Source: Clostridia bacterium
GTDB taxonomy: Bacteria; Bacillota; Clostridia; Christensenellales; UBA3700
Reading direction: 5' to 3'
Length of the DNA stretch: 64,000 bases
NCBI GenBank assembly: GCA_029060025.1
Contig: JAIDUV010000024.1
Span: 32,786 to 96,785 of the forward strand
Positions 18,441-27,535 of this stretch are shown piece by piece. Every line of letters begins with the position of its first letter. Position 1 is the stretch's first letter. Both the position numbers and the translations under genes were made by a program. The notes under the pieces were generated by a model. It worked only from the letters and a program-made list of their open reading frames with translations, was not told the origin of the DNA and did no database searches.

Positions 18441-20818
18441 TATTTATTCTCCTTTGATTTGTCCTTGCGAACTTTATGCGCTATGAGATAACATATTTCG
18501 CATATTATTACGACCGCCATAACTGCCGAGAGTATTATCCAAATCAATTCTTCGTTTTCAGGCTCTTGCGTAGGCTTTTTGTCGGGAGTTGTCACGTCGC
18601 CCGAATTTATATCCCCGCTTGGAGTGGTATCGCCGGGCTCAGGCTCGGGTTCAAGTTTTGGTATCTGTCTCGTCTCGATATGTGCGCCGTCGCGTTGACA
18701 TACGCGCTGCTCTTCGCCGAATTCGTCGACGGTAGCCTGCTTTGTCACCGTCCATTCGCCGAAATCGTGTCCCAATGCCTCTCTTTCTTCAGACTTGATC
18801 TGCGTAGTGAAAGCCGAATTTTCAAACGTCGCCGTGTATACGTCCTGTCCGTCTTGCGTACAAGTGGCGGTACTGCTTACGCTCGCCGTAACGCTTTCGC
18901 TCTCTTTGTGATTGTCTCTCGAACATACGCGTTCTGCCGTGCATTGCGCGCCATCCCAACTATAAGTCGGCGCAGTGTCAAATAAGTGTCCCAATGCATC
19001 TATAATTACTTCGCCTTTGTCGGTTATTTCACTTTGGCACAACTCGTCTTGGAAATACTTGCCGCATATACTGCAAGCGTAATACTCAATGTTGCCGTCT
19101 TCAACGCAAGTCGCATCCTTTGCGTCGCGTTTTTGAGAAATATGGGCATTGTGCACCACAAGAGTTTTGTTCTCTTCGTCGGAATTCAAAATTTGAATAT
19201 CATTGTATCCATTCCAAAAAGTCGACGGCAATTCTATTGTAGTTTCGCCCATTGCCTTTGGCGTACGCAATTGTTTTAATGAGTCACACGAAAAAAATGT
19301 ATCATCTGTAGACACGACGTTGGTCATATCAAAACTCGACAAGTCAAGTTCTTTTAGACTTTCGCACCCTGCAAACATTGCCGAAACATCACTTACCGAA
19401 CTTATGGCGCAGTTGGATGGGAATATAATCGATTCCGTCCGAAAATCGCATTCAAACATTGAATTCATATTGACGACTTTACTCATATCAAAATCCGACA
19501 AGTCAAATTGCGTAAATGCCAAACACCCCCTGAACATTCCGCGCATATTCGTGACTTTGCTCGTATCAAAATGCGAAAAATCCAAACTCGTAATCGTATC
19601 GCAATTATAAAACATATTTGCCATACTTACAGTTTGACCGGTATCCAAACCTGATAAATCGATACGTTCCACTTTATACCCAAAGGCAAACCATTCGTCT
19701 AAATATAACGGAGCAACGTTGCCGACTACCTTTGCCGAAGTTATGTATTTTCCCATAACTTCGTTGGTGTTATAAAAAAACTTCCGCCAAGGAGTGTAAG
19801 ATACATTATCTTCTCTTGCAAACTGTGTATCAAACGGGAAATTACCTTTTCTCTCCGTGTCATATATACCCGCCAAATCGTGTATGTTATCGCTTATTAT
19901 CAACTCATAATTATCCGTTACGCCCCAAAATATGTCGTCACGAGTAAGCGTTTGTCCTGCATACTCATTGGTAATCTCCGTGATAATTTCCTCCCTTGCT
20001 CTAAAATGCATTGTAGAAGTCCCGTTCATAGGTAAAGATATGGGCGCATTACCTATTGCTTTGGGCGCTATCAAAGTTTTTAGACTGATACAATCTTCAA
20101 GCATACTCTCAGTGTATGCGCGACTTAAATCAAAACCGGATAAATCCAAATACTCAAGTTTGCCGCATCCAAAAAACGCCTGGTCCATTTCACCAAGCCT
20201 ATCTGTCTTTGAAAACGGTATTTGAATCTCATTAAGACTTGTACAACCAAAAAACATACCACCCATACTTACAAGTTTTGGAGTTTCGTTGCTAGAAAAC
20301 TTTACAGATTTAAGATTGATACACGAATCAAACATACGCAACATATCACAGACGTTTGATAAATCAAAACTCGACAAGTCAATCGTCGTCAATGAAATAC
20401 AAGAGCAAAACATATTTACCATATACGACACGTTGCTTGTATTCAATCCCGTGACGTCAATCTCCGTCAAATTGCGAAAATTTTCAAACCACTTACTTGT
20501 GCATACAGGCGCAACGTTGCCCAATATCTTTACACTTGTTGAATTTCTGTGCTCCATCCACGGCATATTATTAAAACTATACTCAACGTCGGATAAGAAA
20601 GTGCCGCTATCCGTAACGCCGTCGCCCTGCGTGTCGGATTGATTGCTGCTGATTATCAACTCCTCGTCGAATGCCGCCCAATAATAGGTGCTTGACTCTA
20701 CTTCTTCCGCATAGCCAACTTGTTTTGAATTTGAGAAACTTGCGCACAACACACATAAAAATACTACAACTGCAAAACACAGTACAATAGTAAAACTCAT
20801 TTTTTTCTTACAAAGCAT
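18440..20818 (-). CDS. BspA-type (DUF285) leucine-rich-repeat surface protein with Cys-rich repeats and a C-terminal TM anchor
   Basis: Signal peptide, then two tandem modules of the ...MF..C..L..lDLS.FD.S.V..M..MF repeat. CxxC/ALGH Cys-rich segments, a PEPEPEP linker, the TM helix LIWIILSAVMAVVIICEICYLIA and a basic tail. Start trimmed to the ATG at 20818, which has GAGG 5 nt upstream. The stop overlaps the next start (TAATG at 18438-18442). Confidence 0.85.
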   Translation of the reverse strand: MLCKKKMSFTIVLCFAVVVFLCVLCASFSNSKQVGYAEEVESSTYYWAAFDEELIISSNQSDTQGDGVTDSGTFLSDVEYSFNNMPWMEHRNSTSVKILGNVAPVCTSKWFENFRNLTEIDVTGLNTSNVSYMVNMFCSCISLTTIDLSSFDLSNVCDMLRMFDSCINLKSVKFSSNETPKLVSMGGMFFGCTSLNEIQIPFSKTDRLGEMDQAFFGCGKLEYLDLSGFDLSRAYTESMLEDCISLKTLIAPKAIGNAPISLPMNGTSTMHFRAREEIITEITNEYAGQTLTRDDIFWGVTDNYELIISDNIHDLAGIYDTERKGNFPFDTQFAREDNVSYTPWRKFFYNTNEVMGKYITSAKVVGNVAPLYLDEWFAFGYKVERIDLSGLDTGQTVSMANMFYNCDTITSLDFSHFDTSKVTNMRGMFRGCLAFTQFDLSDFDMSKVVNMNSMFECDFRTESIIFPSNCAISSVSDVSAMFAGCESLKELDLSSFDMTNVVSTDDTFFSCDSLKQLRTPKAMGETTIELPSTFWNGYNDIQILNSDEENKTLVVHNAHISQKRDAKDATCVEDGNIEYYACSICGKYFQDELCQSEITDKGEVIIDALGHLFDTAPTYSWDGAQCTAERVCSRDNHKESESVTASVSSTATCTQDGQDVYTATFENSAFTTQIKSEEREALGHDFGEWTVTKQATVDEFGEEQRVCQRDGAHIETRQIPKLEPEPEPGDTTPSGDINSGDVTTPDKKPTQEPENEELIWIILSAVMAVVIICEICYLIAHKVRKDKSKENK

Positions 20819-20887
20819 AAACACCTCTTTTCGCTTTATCCTTAAAGCGCTAACCTGAAAAGGCCTAAAATATCTATCTTTAAAAAT

Positions 20888-20916
20888 ATTATAGCACTTA
20901 AAAACATAATAATCAA
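20888..20916 (-). promoter_or_regulatory. Sigma-70-type promoter of the BspA-like operon
   Basis: Minus strand: TTGATT, 17 nt, TATAAT. Confidence 0.55.
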
Positions 20917-20955
20917 TAATTTTCGCCCGTTCGAAAATCGGCTAAATTTTGCCAA

Positions 20956-21738
20956 TTACCCATTGTCGGTGTCTTTATGCTTTTCCATTTCGGCTATTTT
21001 TTTAACAAAATTTCTCAACTGTTTTTTGTGTTTGCAAAGTTTTTCTTTGCAATTTGCGCACGAGAGCGTCTTGTTGGTATTGATACAAAAACGCTCTGGA
21101 AATTTGCGGTATAAAATTTCCCACTCAAGTAACAATAGCGCTGCTACGACAAAAAGCGAAATAGTAAAAGGGTTTTTTATAAAAACTACGGGAGTAAACA
21201 TCATTGCATAATCCCAATTGTATATGCGGCAAGACACGCAACAACGGTTTTTCATTATCCACGTTTGAAACGGACAGAAAAACAATATGCAAATCATATC
21301 GCACACCGAATAAAACAACGCAAGAATTATCATAACGCCGCCGTCAATAATCTCTGTAAAATACAAAACGACGAATATTGCGTTGAGCGCTATCCAAGAC
21401 GCAAACGCAACAAAAGTCCTCCACGCAGGTTGTCTGTTGGGCTTTACCTGCGATTCTATGGGAACATAATTGCGCTTAAACTGTTTTTGACATCCCATAC
21501 TCTCTATCCTCGACGGAAAGAATCTAAACAACATCTCGATTATAAATATTGCCCATATTATTATGCAAACAACGTCTATGTATACATTTGATTTATATTT
21601 TTGCAAAAGCGGATCTATACTTTTGTCTTTAACTTTGTTGACCGCATATATTATAAGCACCGTCAAAAATAAAAGCGTACGCCAAGCCAATTTGACGTAA
21701 TGGTATGATGTTGTTTTACTTATATTAGATTTTTTCAT
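20956..21738 (-). CDS. Hypothetical multi-pass membrane protein with Cys clusters
   Basis: 260-aa ORF with several TM helices. CCVSCRIYNWD and CANCKEKLC motifs. No family recognised. Confidence 0.65.
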   Translation of the reverse strand: MKKSNISKTTSYHYVKLAWRTLLFLTVLIIYAVNKVKDKSIDPLLQKYKSNVYIDVVCIIIWAIFIIEMLFRFFPSRIESMGCQKQFKRNYVPIESQVKPNRQPAWRTFVAFASWIALNAIFVVLYFTEIIDGGVMIILALFYSVCDMICILFFCPFQTWIMKNRCCVSCRIYNWDYAMMFTPVVFIKNPFTISLFVVAALLLLEWEILYRKFPERFCINTNKTLSCANCKEKLCKHKKQLRNFVKKIAEMEKHKDTDNG

Positions 21739-21876
21739 TTCTTCCTTTTGGGATATTAAAATTTAATTTATCTTAAAATAATCTTGAAAATCCCAACAAC
21801 TTTAAAAGAATTATAACATTGGAAATAAAGAAAATGCAAGCGTCGTTGAACAAATGGCAGTCAAAAAACAATCTAA

Positions 21877-21968
21877 AGAGAGCGTAAAATTGTCGAAATT
21901 CTACGCTCTCTTGGCTGTTCAACGTCAATTATTTTATCAAATTTATAAATTTTTGTTAAACAAATTTT
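21877..21968 (-). repeat. Copy B of the ~93-bp promoter-plus-hairpin module
   Basis: Minus strand: TTTAACA, then TAAAAT, then aattgacgttgaacagcc, then the hairpin agagagcgtagaat/attttacgctctct. It aligns with 17146-17238. Confidence 0.9.
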
Positions 21969-21991
21969 GAAGAACTAACGGATTTTACAAT

Positions 21992-22885
21992 TTATTCAAC
22001 GTCAAAAATCTCTATTACGATATGTCCGTCATCTAAATTTATATTTGCAGAAAACGTCTTGTCCTCTACTTTAAAACGAGGCGAAAACATCGTAAAATGC
22101 TGATTGAAATAATATATTTCAGGATTCTTATAACTTTCAACCATCTCTTCTTCTCTTGACAAATTCATACCGTAATCGTTAAACAACTTTTGAATAAAAC
22201 TATCGTAGACTTCATCCGATGCAATTTCGATGCTCATACGCGCCGAATAACCGTTGTCGTTGGACACAATCTTGCCCAAAATCTTGCCTTGCGGCGCTTG
22301 CAATCCATCAAGTCCCAAGTATTCCAACTCTTCTTGAGTAAACCACGTCTTGTCATTGCTGTCAATATCCCAAGAATGTTTGTTACCAATCTGGACGATT
22401 TGTTTTTTAAGTACCAACAACAATTGATTCTTTTTGTAAGTCACCGTCTCTAAGTCATCGATTGCGTCATTTCCCTCAAATTCTTCTATGAAGAACATAA
22501 CGGCGCAATTATACTTATCTCCCGAAATTCTATACTCGCCGTTAAAAAGCATTACTTCGTCGTCTGAATAAATCATATCGTCAATTGAAGACATAGTATT
22601 GCCTAGCGAATCTAAATTTGCAGGGATTTTTGTAAAACATTCCTTTGCCAAAGATTTAAAATCGTTTTCCGTCGCGTCGTTCCACAAAATGAACATTGCA
22701 ACTTGATTATTGCCTCTAACACTCTTCATTTGACTCATATTGAGTTGAGGCAGCGTCAAAGTAGAACTCGTCAAACCTACGCTTTTCCAAGCAGCATCAA
22801 CGCCGCCGCAAGCGCAAAGTGAAATTGCCGTGATTACAACCAAAGCAATGCAAACTACTACTGCAAGTGATTTTTTCTTAGTCAT
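21992..22885 (-). CDS. Hypothetical lipoprotein
   Basis: 297 aa; signal peptide ending ISLCACGG (lipobox-like). Confidence 0.7.
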   Translation of the reverse strand: MTKKKSLAVVVCIALVVITAISLCACGGVDAAWKSVGLTSSTLTLPQLNMSQMKSVRGNNQVAMFILWNDATENDFKSLAKECFTKIPANLDSLGNTMSSIDDMIYSDDEVMLFNGEYRISGDKYNCAVMFFIEEFEGNDAIDDLETVTYKKNQLLLVLKKQIVQIGNKHSWDIDSNDKTWFTQEELEYLGLDGLQAPQGKILGKIVSNDNGYSARMSIEIASDEVYDSFIQKLFNDYGMNLSREEEMVESYKNPEIYYFNQHFTMFSPRFKVEDKTFSANINLDDGHIVIEIFDVE

Positions 22886-22990
22886 CCTTCTTTCTCCTAT
22901 TTCTTAAATAATTATTACTTATATTCTAAACTCAATGCAGCCATTTTGTCAAGTATAACTACCAAAAGTTATTTTGATTATTAACACAAT

Positions 22991-23027
22991 AAAAAAGCGT
23001 AGAATTTAAATAAATTCTACGCTTTTT
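22991..23027 (-). terminator. Rho-independent terminator (symmetric A/T flanks)
   Basis: aaaagcgtagaattt / aaattctacgctttt 15-bp stem. It shares the gcgtagaat core with the hairpins at 17146 and 21877. Confidence 0.8.
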
Positions 23028-23048
23028 GTCGGCTTAACTTAATAATTA

Positions 23049-23537
23049 CTATTGAGCATCTGTTCCGCTAGTAATTTCGCCAGATGATACTCCAATACCC
23101 AAAGCGCTGTTGATTTCCTCTTTTTTATATACTTCAGTATACTCACCCTCAACATAAATTAAAGAAGATTCTAAGAATCTTAATTGCTTTGATTCCGACC
23201 ACTCTTCATAAGATTCGTCCTCGTAATTGCTTTCGTATCCAACAAATTTGCCATCTACAAAATACGCAACGTCGTATACTTCCTCTTCTGACTCGTCTGT
23301 ATATTTGAATTGAATTGCTATATAAATATAAAGATACGTTGTGCCTTCAAATTCAAAATACTTTTGATAACCGCAGTCACCTGATATCTCAAAAGACTCG
23401 TCATTCACCATTTCTTTCAATGCTTTTGCGCAATCAATTACTTGATCCAACGGTGCTTTCTTATTGCAGGCTACGCAGCAACATACAATGGAAAGCAACA
23501 TTACTACAACTATTACACTTGTTAATACCTTTTTCAT
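23049..23537 (-). CDS. Hypothetical small lipoprotein, acidic
   Basis: 162 aa; signal peptide ending CCCVACNKK. Confidence 0.65.
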   Translation of the reverse strand: MKKVLTSVIVVVMLLSIVCCCVACNKKAPLDQVIDCAKALKEMVNDESFEISGDCGYQKYFEFEGTTYLYIYIAIQFKYTDESEEEVYDVAYFVDGKFVGYESNYEDESYEEWSESKQLRFLESSLIYVEGEYTEVYKKEEINSALGIGVSSGEITSGTDAQ

Positions 23538-23635
23538 TTTGTTCTCCTTAGTATTATTTTATTAATAGATTTTAGCACTGTATAAAGATTATGTCAACTA
23601 TAATCTATCATTATTTAAGAAAGTCATTTATATTC

Positions 23636-24085
23636 TTATTTTATCTTTTTCATTTTATAATTTCTCAATTTGACGCCCAGCCGTTCCACTTCCTGCTCTT
23701 TTTCTACAAAATAACCGCGGTTTTCAAAAAATTGTTTTGCCGTGATTGAGGCATAAGTTGTAATAATATCAAAGTCTTTTTCCACTTCGTTGCACAATGC
23801 GGTGGCAATGCCCTGTCCTTGGAAATCTTTATCAACAAAAAGCAAGTCCAACTCTCCGCTTTTGTCAATACTTGCAAATCCGACGACTTTGCCGCCTATA
23901 TCAGCAACCGCAGTGTGCTGCGCCAACAACGCGTCGTATCTGCGGTGTTTAAAGTCTTCGACGCTGCTTGCCCACGCAAACAATTGCTCGTCCGTATAAT
24001 CTTTTGAATTGACAGAATGTACCGTCTCAAAGAATAACTTTGAGACGGCATCGCAATCTTCAACTTTATAATCTCTTATTACCAT
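23636..24085 (-). CDS. GNAT-family N-acetyltransferase
   Basis: 149 aa; LFVDKDFQGQGIATALCNEVE acetyl-CoA-binding motif A. Confidence 0.85.
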   Translation of the reverse strand: MVIRDYKVEDCDAVSKLFFETVHSVNSKDYTDEQLFAWASSVEDFKHRRYDALLAQHTAVADIGGKVVGFASIDKSGELDLLFVDKDFQGQGIATALCNEVEKDFDIITTYASITAKQFFENRGYFVEKEQEVERLGVKLRNYKMKKIK

Positions 24086-24109
24086 ATTCCGACCTTTAGT
24101 CTCGCGTCC

Positions 24110-24952
24110 TTAAGACTCAAAACTGACTTTTAGAGCACCTGCCGAAATATTTGCTTTAATACGCAAATCTTTTTCTCCTGACTGGTTAGAGACGTTGCAA
24201 GAGCCTGCGCTCTTTTGAATAGATATGTTATAATCAGACTGAACGCCTATCATACCCAACTTGACAGCGCCTGCGCTTATATCAACATCTACGGACGCAG
24301 TCTGAAGTCTGCCGATATTTACTGCGCCTGCGCTAATATCTCCGGTAAGCGAAGGACAAACAAGTGATTGAATATTTAGAGCGCCTGCTCCCAAATCAAT
24401 GCCTACCGCTTCTGCAGAGACTGCGTTTTTTAAGTTTATCGATCCTGCATTCATATCAATTGACAATTTTTTGTACGAGGCATTGTCCACTTGCAATGTG
24501 CCTGCGTTCATTTTAATACTCATATCACCGAATTCGCCGTCTGCAAATTTAGTCACGCCGGCGTTCATATTGAGGTCTATATCAATTATTTCGCCTTGCG
24601 GTATCCATATTTTTGCCGTCGGTATCTTGTTGTACCAATTAAAAATATTCCATTTACGTTTGGTAGTCGTTGCAAATGACAACTTGCCGTTTGACTCTGC
24701 AATACTTGCCGACAAAATCTTGTTTTCGGGGTATTCGATTTTTATCTTTTCTCCGTCATAATAATTGACTTCGAGCGTACCTGCCGAAAAGTCTATGTCA
24801 AGAGTTGTATTTTGCTCCGTACATTCATAATATTTCATATCATAATCGTCGTCAAACTGCCAGCCGTGTACGCCAAGAGTGACAACAAGTATCACAAGTC
24901 CTACGACAAGAATAACTGCGCCTGCTATCATTACCTTTATAAATCCTTTCAT
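24110..24952 (-). CDS. DUF4097-type beta-helix 'putative adhesin' membrane protein
   Basis: N-terminal TM helix. Repeated ...MNAG.(I/L/V)..., ISAGAV and DLGAGAL beta-strand units. Confidence 0.75.
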   Translation of the reverse strand: MKGFIKVMIAGAVILVVGLVILVVTLGVHGWQFDDDYDMKYYECTEQNTTLDIDFSAGTLEVNYYDGEKIKIEYPENKILSASIAESNGKLSFATTTKRKWNIFNWYNKIPTAKIWIPQGEIIDIDLNMNAGVTKFADGEFGDMSIKMNAGTLQVDNASYKKLSIDMNAGSINLKNAVSAEAVGIDLGAGALNIQSLVCPSLTGDISAGAVNIGRLQTASVDVDISAGAVKLGMIGVQSDYNISIQKSAGSCNVSNQSGEKDLRIKANISAGALKVSFES

Positions 24953-25590
24953 TATATTCTCTCCTTTACGTCAAATAAAGATTTAAGCCATACAAAAAAC
25001 CTTACGAAGAGTTTCCACATAAGTTTTACCAATTTTAAAAATAATGGCATTATTATAAGACTGAGACCAAACAATACCAGTCCACCCCCTATTGCAGCAG
25101 CGCCCGAAGCCGCGTCGGAAAACAACCCGCCTACTCCTGCTCCAATAGTTGCAACGCCTGAGATAAGAAAAGCAAACGGAATTACGCTAAACCCAATCGT
25201 CACAAATACCATTGCCATAAAAACTCCCAATATAGGTAGCGCAAATATCACGCATAACAACACAAAGACCCAAGTATGGTTACTTGTTTTTTGTGTTGCA
25301 TTTTGCCGATTACAATCATTAGGATGGGATTCAAATTTAACATTCTCCGATTGCAATTGCCCCATATCCGGCGTATTATCGATAAAATACTCTTCGCCGC
25401 TTTCTGATAATATACGCTGAGCAGCGTCGTAAGGAGCGCCGAATTCGGCAGTTATTTCTTGCTCCGCATAACCTGCGTCTCGCCTATCGGCGTATGCTTC
25501 AGCATAATAATCCAACACTCTCGCCCTCTCCTGTTCAGGCACGCATAAAAGGTTGCATTTGAGTTCATCCCGCCATTCATTATAGGTCAT
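24952..25590 (-). CDS. DUF1700-type membrane protein
   Basis: N-terminus MTYNEWRDELKCNLLCVPEQERARVLDYYAEAYADR, followed by C-terminal TM helices. It shares one nucleotide with the downstream gene (both ORFs include position 24952). Confidence 0.75.
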   Translation of the reverse strand: MTYNEWRDELKCNLLCVPEQERARVLDYYAEAYADRRDAGYAEQEITAEFGAPYDAAQRILSESGEEYFIDNTPDMGQLQSENVKFESHPNDCNRQNATQKTSNHTWVFVLLCVIFALPILGVFMAMVFVTIGFSVIPFAFLISGVATIGAGVGGLFSDAASGAAAIGGGLVLFGLSLIIMPLFLKLVKLMWKLFVRFFVWLKSLFDVKERI

Positions 25591-25608
25591 TGTTACCTCC
25601 GCAGTGGA

Positions 25609-25920
25609 CTATATGCGCCCACCAAACAACTTTTTATATATAGAATTTATCTCCAGCAGATCGTCTCTGCCCGATTTCAATTTTTTAAGTCCCAAAGGCG
25701 TTATTTTGTAATATCGTCTGAGCCTACCGCTGAATTCTGCAGTGCGAGTAACTACAAACCCGCCGACTTCAAGTCTTTTCAAAATAGGATAAAGCGTGCT
25801 CTCCGAAATCTCGATAACGCCAGTAAGATCGCTTATTATTTTGTAGCCGTAACTTTCTCCTTTGCTAATAGCGTGAAGAACGCATACGTCCAATATCCCT
25901 TTTTTCAACTGTATGTCCAC
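25609..25920 (-). CDS. PadR-family transcriptional regulator
   Basis: 103 aa with a GTG start. LDVCVLHAISKGESYGYKIISDL...STLYPILKRLEVGGFV winged-helix signature. Confidence 0.9.
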   Translation of the reverse strand: MDIQLKKGILDVCVLHAISKGESYGYKIISDLTGVIEISESTLYPILKRLEVGGFVVTRTAEFSGRLRRYYKITPLGLKKLKSGRDDLLEINSIYKKLFGGRI

Positions 25921-25944
25921 AAGTAGTACCCCGCTTTACATAAT

Positions 25945-25973
25945 ACTATACATTGCATAGTATACTATGTCAA
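25945..25973 (-). promoter_or_regulatory. padR operon promoter with an embedded 14-bp perfect palindrome (candidate PadR operator)
   Basis: Minus strand: TTGACA, 17 nt, TATAGT. The palindrome CATAGTATACTATG (25956-25969) overlaps the -35/spacer junction. Confidence 0.65.
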
Positions 25974-26137
25974 GTGTTTCTGAAAAATTACCTAAAAAAT
26001 TTTAATAGCAAAGTAAATAGGGCTAATGAAATATTTTGAGAAACGTACCAAAAAACCGTATAAAATTTTTTAAAAGTTGACATATATAGAACCAATTCTA
26101 ACTATATCTCTTTCAAAACTTTATTAAAACAAGCATA

Positions 26138-26509
26138 TTATCGTTTTTTCCAATTTCTTTTGCAATAATCTTTTATTTTGCAGTGAGGACATTTTAATTT
26201 TACGTATTTTGTAGGTTCGCCTTCTAAATCACTTAAAATACCTTTCGTGAAAAAAATTTTATAAGGATTTACCTTAAATTTATGTCCACATTTTGGACAT
26301 TCGTAAATATCGTCTTTAAAAGAAAGCGGTATCATAACAATTAAAAGAACGACAGCAATTGCCAAACAAATTGCAAATTCAATCCAATAATGATTTACAG
26401 CACAAACTAAACAAAAACAAAACGCTACACCACTTAACGTTCCAAGAATAATCGTGGCATAAGTATATATTTTATCTAAAAAATTTTTAGGCGGTTCTTT
26501 ATCGTTCAT
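26138..26509 (-). CDS. Small membrane protein with a C-terminal zinc ribbon
   Basis: 123 aa; two TM helices, then CPKCGHKF...CPHCK. Confidence 0.65.
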   Translation of the reverse strand: MNDKEPPKNFLDKIYTYATIILGTLSGVAFCFCLVCAVNHYWIEFAICLAIAVVLLIVMIPLSFKDDIYECPKCGHKFKVNPYKIFFTKGILSDLEGEPTKYVKLKCPHCKIKDYCKRNWKKR

Positions 26510-26633
26510 AATTTTATTATATCACTAAGCGCTAGCGTTTTCAAGTATATAGTATGAGATAATAGACTTTTGCACCGTAGCAGGCATTCGATATAATAAG
26601 TGACTTTCGTAGCAAAAACTGTCGTGACGTAGG

Positions 26634-26684
26634 CAAAAAAGAATTGAGTGCGCCATTTATTACTGCTTCCGTACACTCAATTCT
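26634..26684 (-). terminator. Rho-independent terminator of the 26773-27432 gene
   Basis: agaattgagtg / cactcaattct stem with a large loop, followed on the minus strand by TTTTTT. Confidence 0.6.
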
Positions 26685-26772
26685 TTATTTGCTATAAAGA
26701 TTTATTCAGTGGTTAGTGTTTATCCACTAATTGTTTGAACTCACTTTCGACATCTAATAATGCAACAAGACG

Positions 26773-27432
26773 TTATTTGATAAATTCAACGTTTATATTG
26801 CCGTTATTGCAATTAGCGTTAAATGATTTCGCGCCGCCCTCTTTTAATGCAGGCAAATTACAATCGCCCTTTTTTATCGTACAAGCCATAGAAAAGTCGT
26901 CCCAGCCACCTATTATCGAACCTGTAATATTACCGTTCTTGGCAATTAAATTGAGACCTTTACCTACGCTTACACGTTCTAATAAAACATTTCCGCCATT
27001 GTTGTCCAAATCAATTTTTTCGATAAATGACAGATTGGTGATTTTTATATTTTCGTTAGTCGTGCTTGCCGAAATCGTAGTAATTAAATTATCGGGTATT
27101 CTGATTTTTATTTTTCGGTATTCTACCGACGGTTTTGTCCCAATAACACTTGTCCAGTCTTTATTGAATACCAATTTAATAATTAATTCTTTACTTTGGG
27201 AAACCGATATATCGAGATATTCCTTTTCGCCGTCAAAATAATCAATATAAATTTGATTATCTTCCGACGCGCATATTTCCAATTCTCTGTCGGTTACTTG
27301 TACAACGACTTTTTCAATTTCGCTTTCGCCGCTTGAATAGGACTTTTCCGTAAAAGTGTCACCGTTTGAACAACCCGCAAACGCAAACACCAATACGCTG
27401 ATAAGAGCAAATAGTACCACAAATTTTTTCAT
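26773..27432 (-). CDS. DUF4097-like lipoprotein
   Basis: Signal peptide with a FAGC lipobox, then beta-repeat units (NIKITNLSF..., GGNVLLERVSV..., NGNITGSIIG). Confidence 0.7.
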   Translation of the reverse strand: MKKFVVLFALISVLVFAFAGCSNGDTFTEKSYSSGESEIEKVVVQVTDRELEICASEDNQIYIDYFDGEKEYLDISVSQSKELIIKLVFNKDWTSVIGTKPSVEYRKIKIRIPDNLITTISASTTNENIKITNLSFIEKIDLDNNGGNVLLERVSVGKGLNLIAKNGNITGSIIGGWDDFSMACTIKKGDCNLPALKEGGAKSFNANCNNGNINVEFIK

Positions 27433-27535
27433 AATAAAACTCCTTTATTTTGTTTATTTGACATTGCATTTCTTCAATGTTATAATGAGTATAAACCTTT
27501 GTGTAACACAAAAGTCAAGAGGTATTTTTTAAAAA

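Noticed and set aside
17445-18491. 348-aa plus-strand ORF
   Set aside because: It is antisense to the 393-aa gene. It has no motifs and an F/L/Y/C-rich composition typical of antisense frames in AT-rich coding DNA.
24812-25420. 202-aa plus-strand ORF
   Set aside because: It is antisense to the DUF1700 and DUF4097 genes, which have recognisable family features and operon structure.
25925-25965. ATTATGTAAA string resembling the right arm of a Firmicutes dif (XerCD) site
   Set aside because: Only one half-site-like 10-mer matches and the other arm does not. The sequence is better explained as the padR promoter -10 region and 5' UTR.
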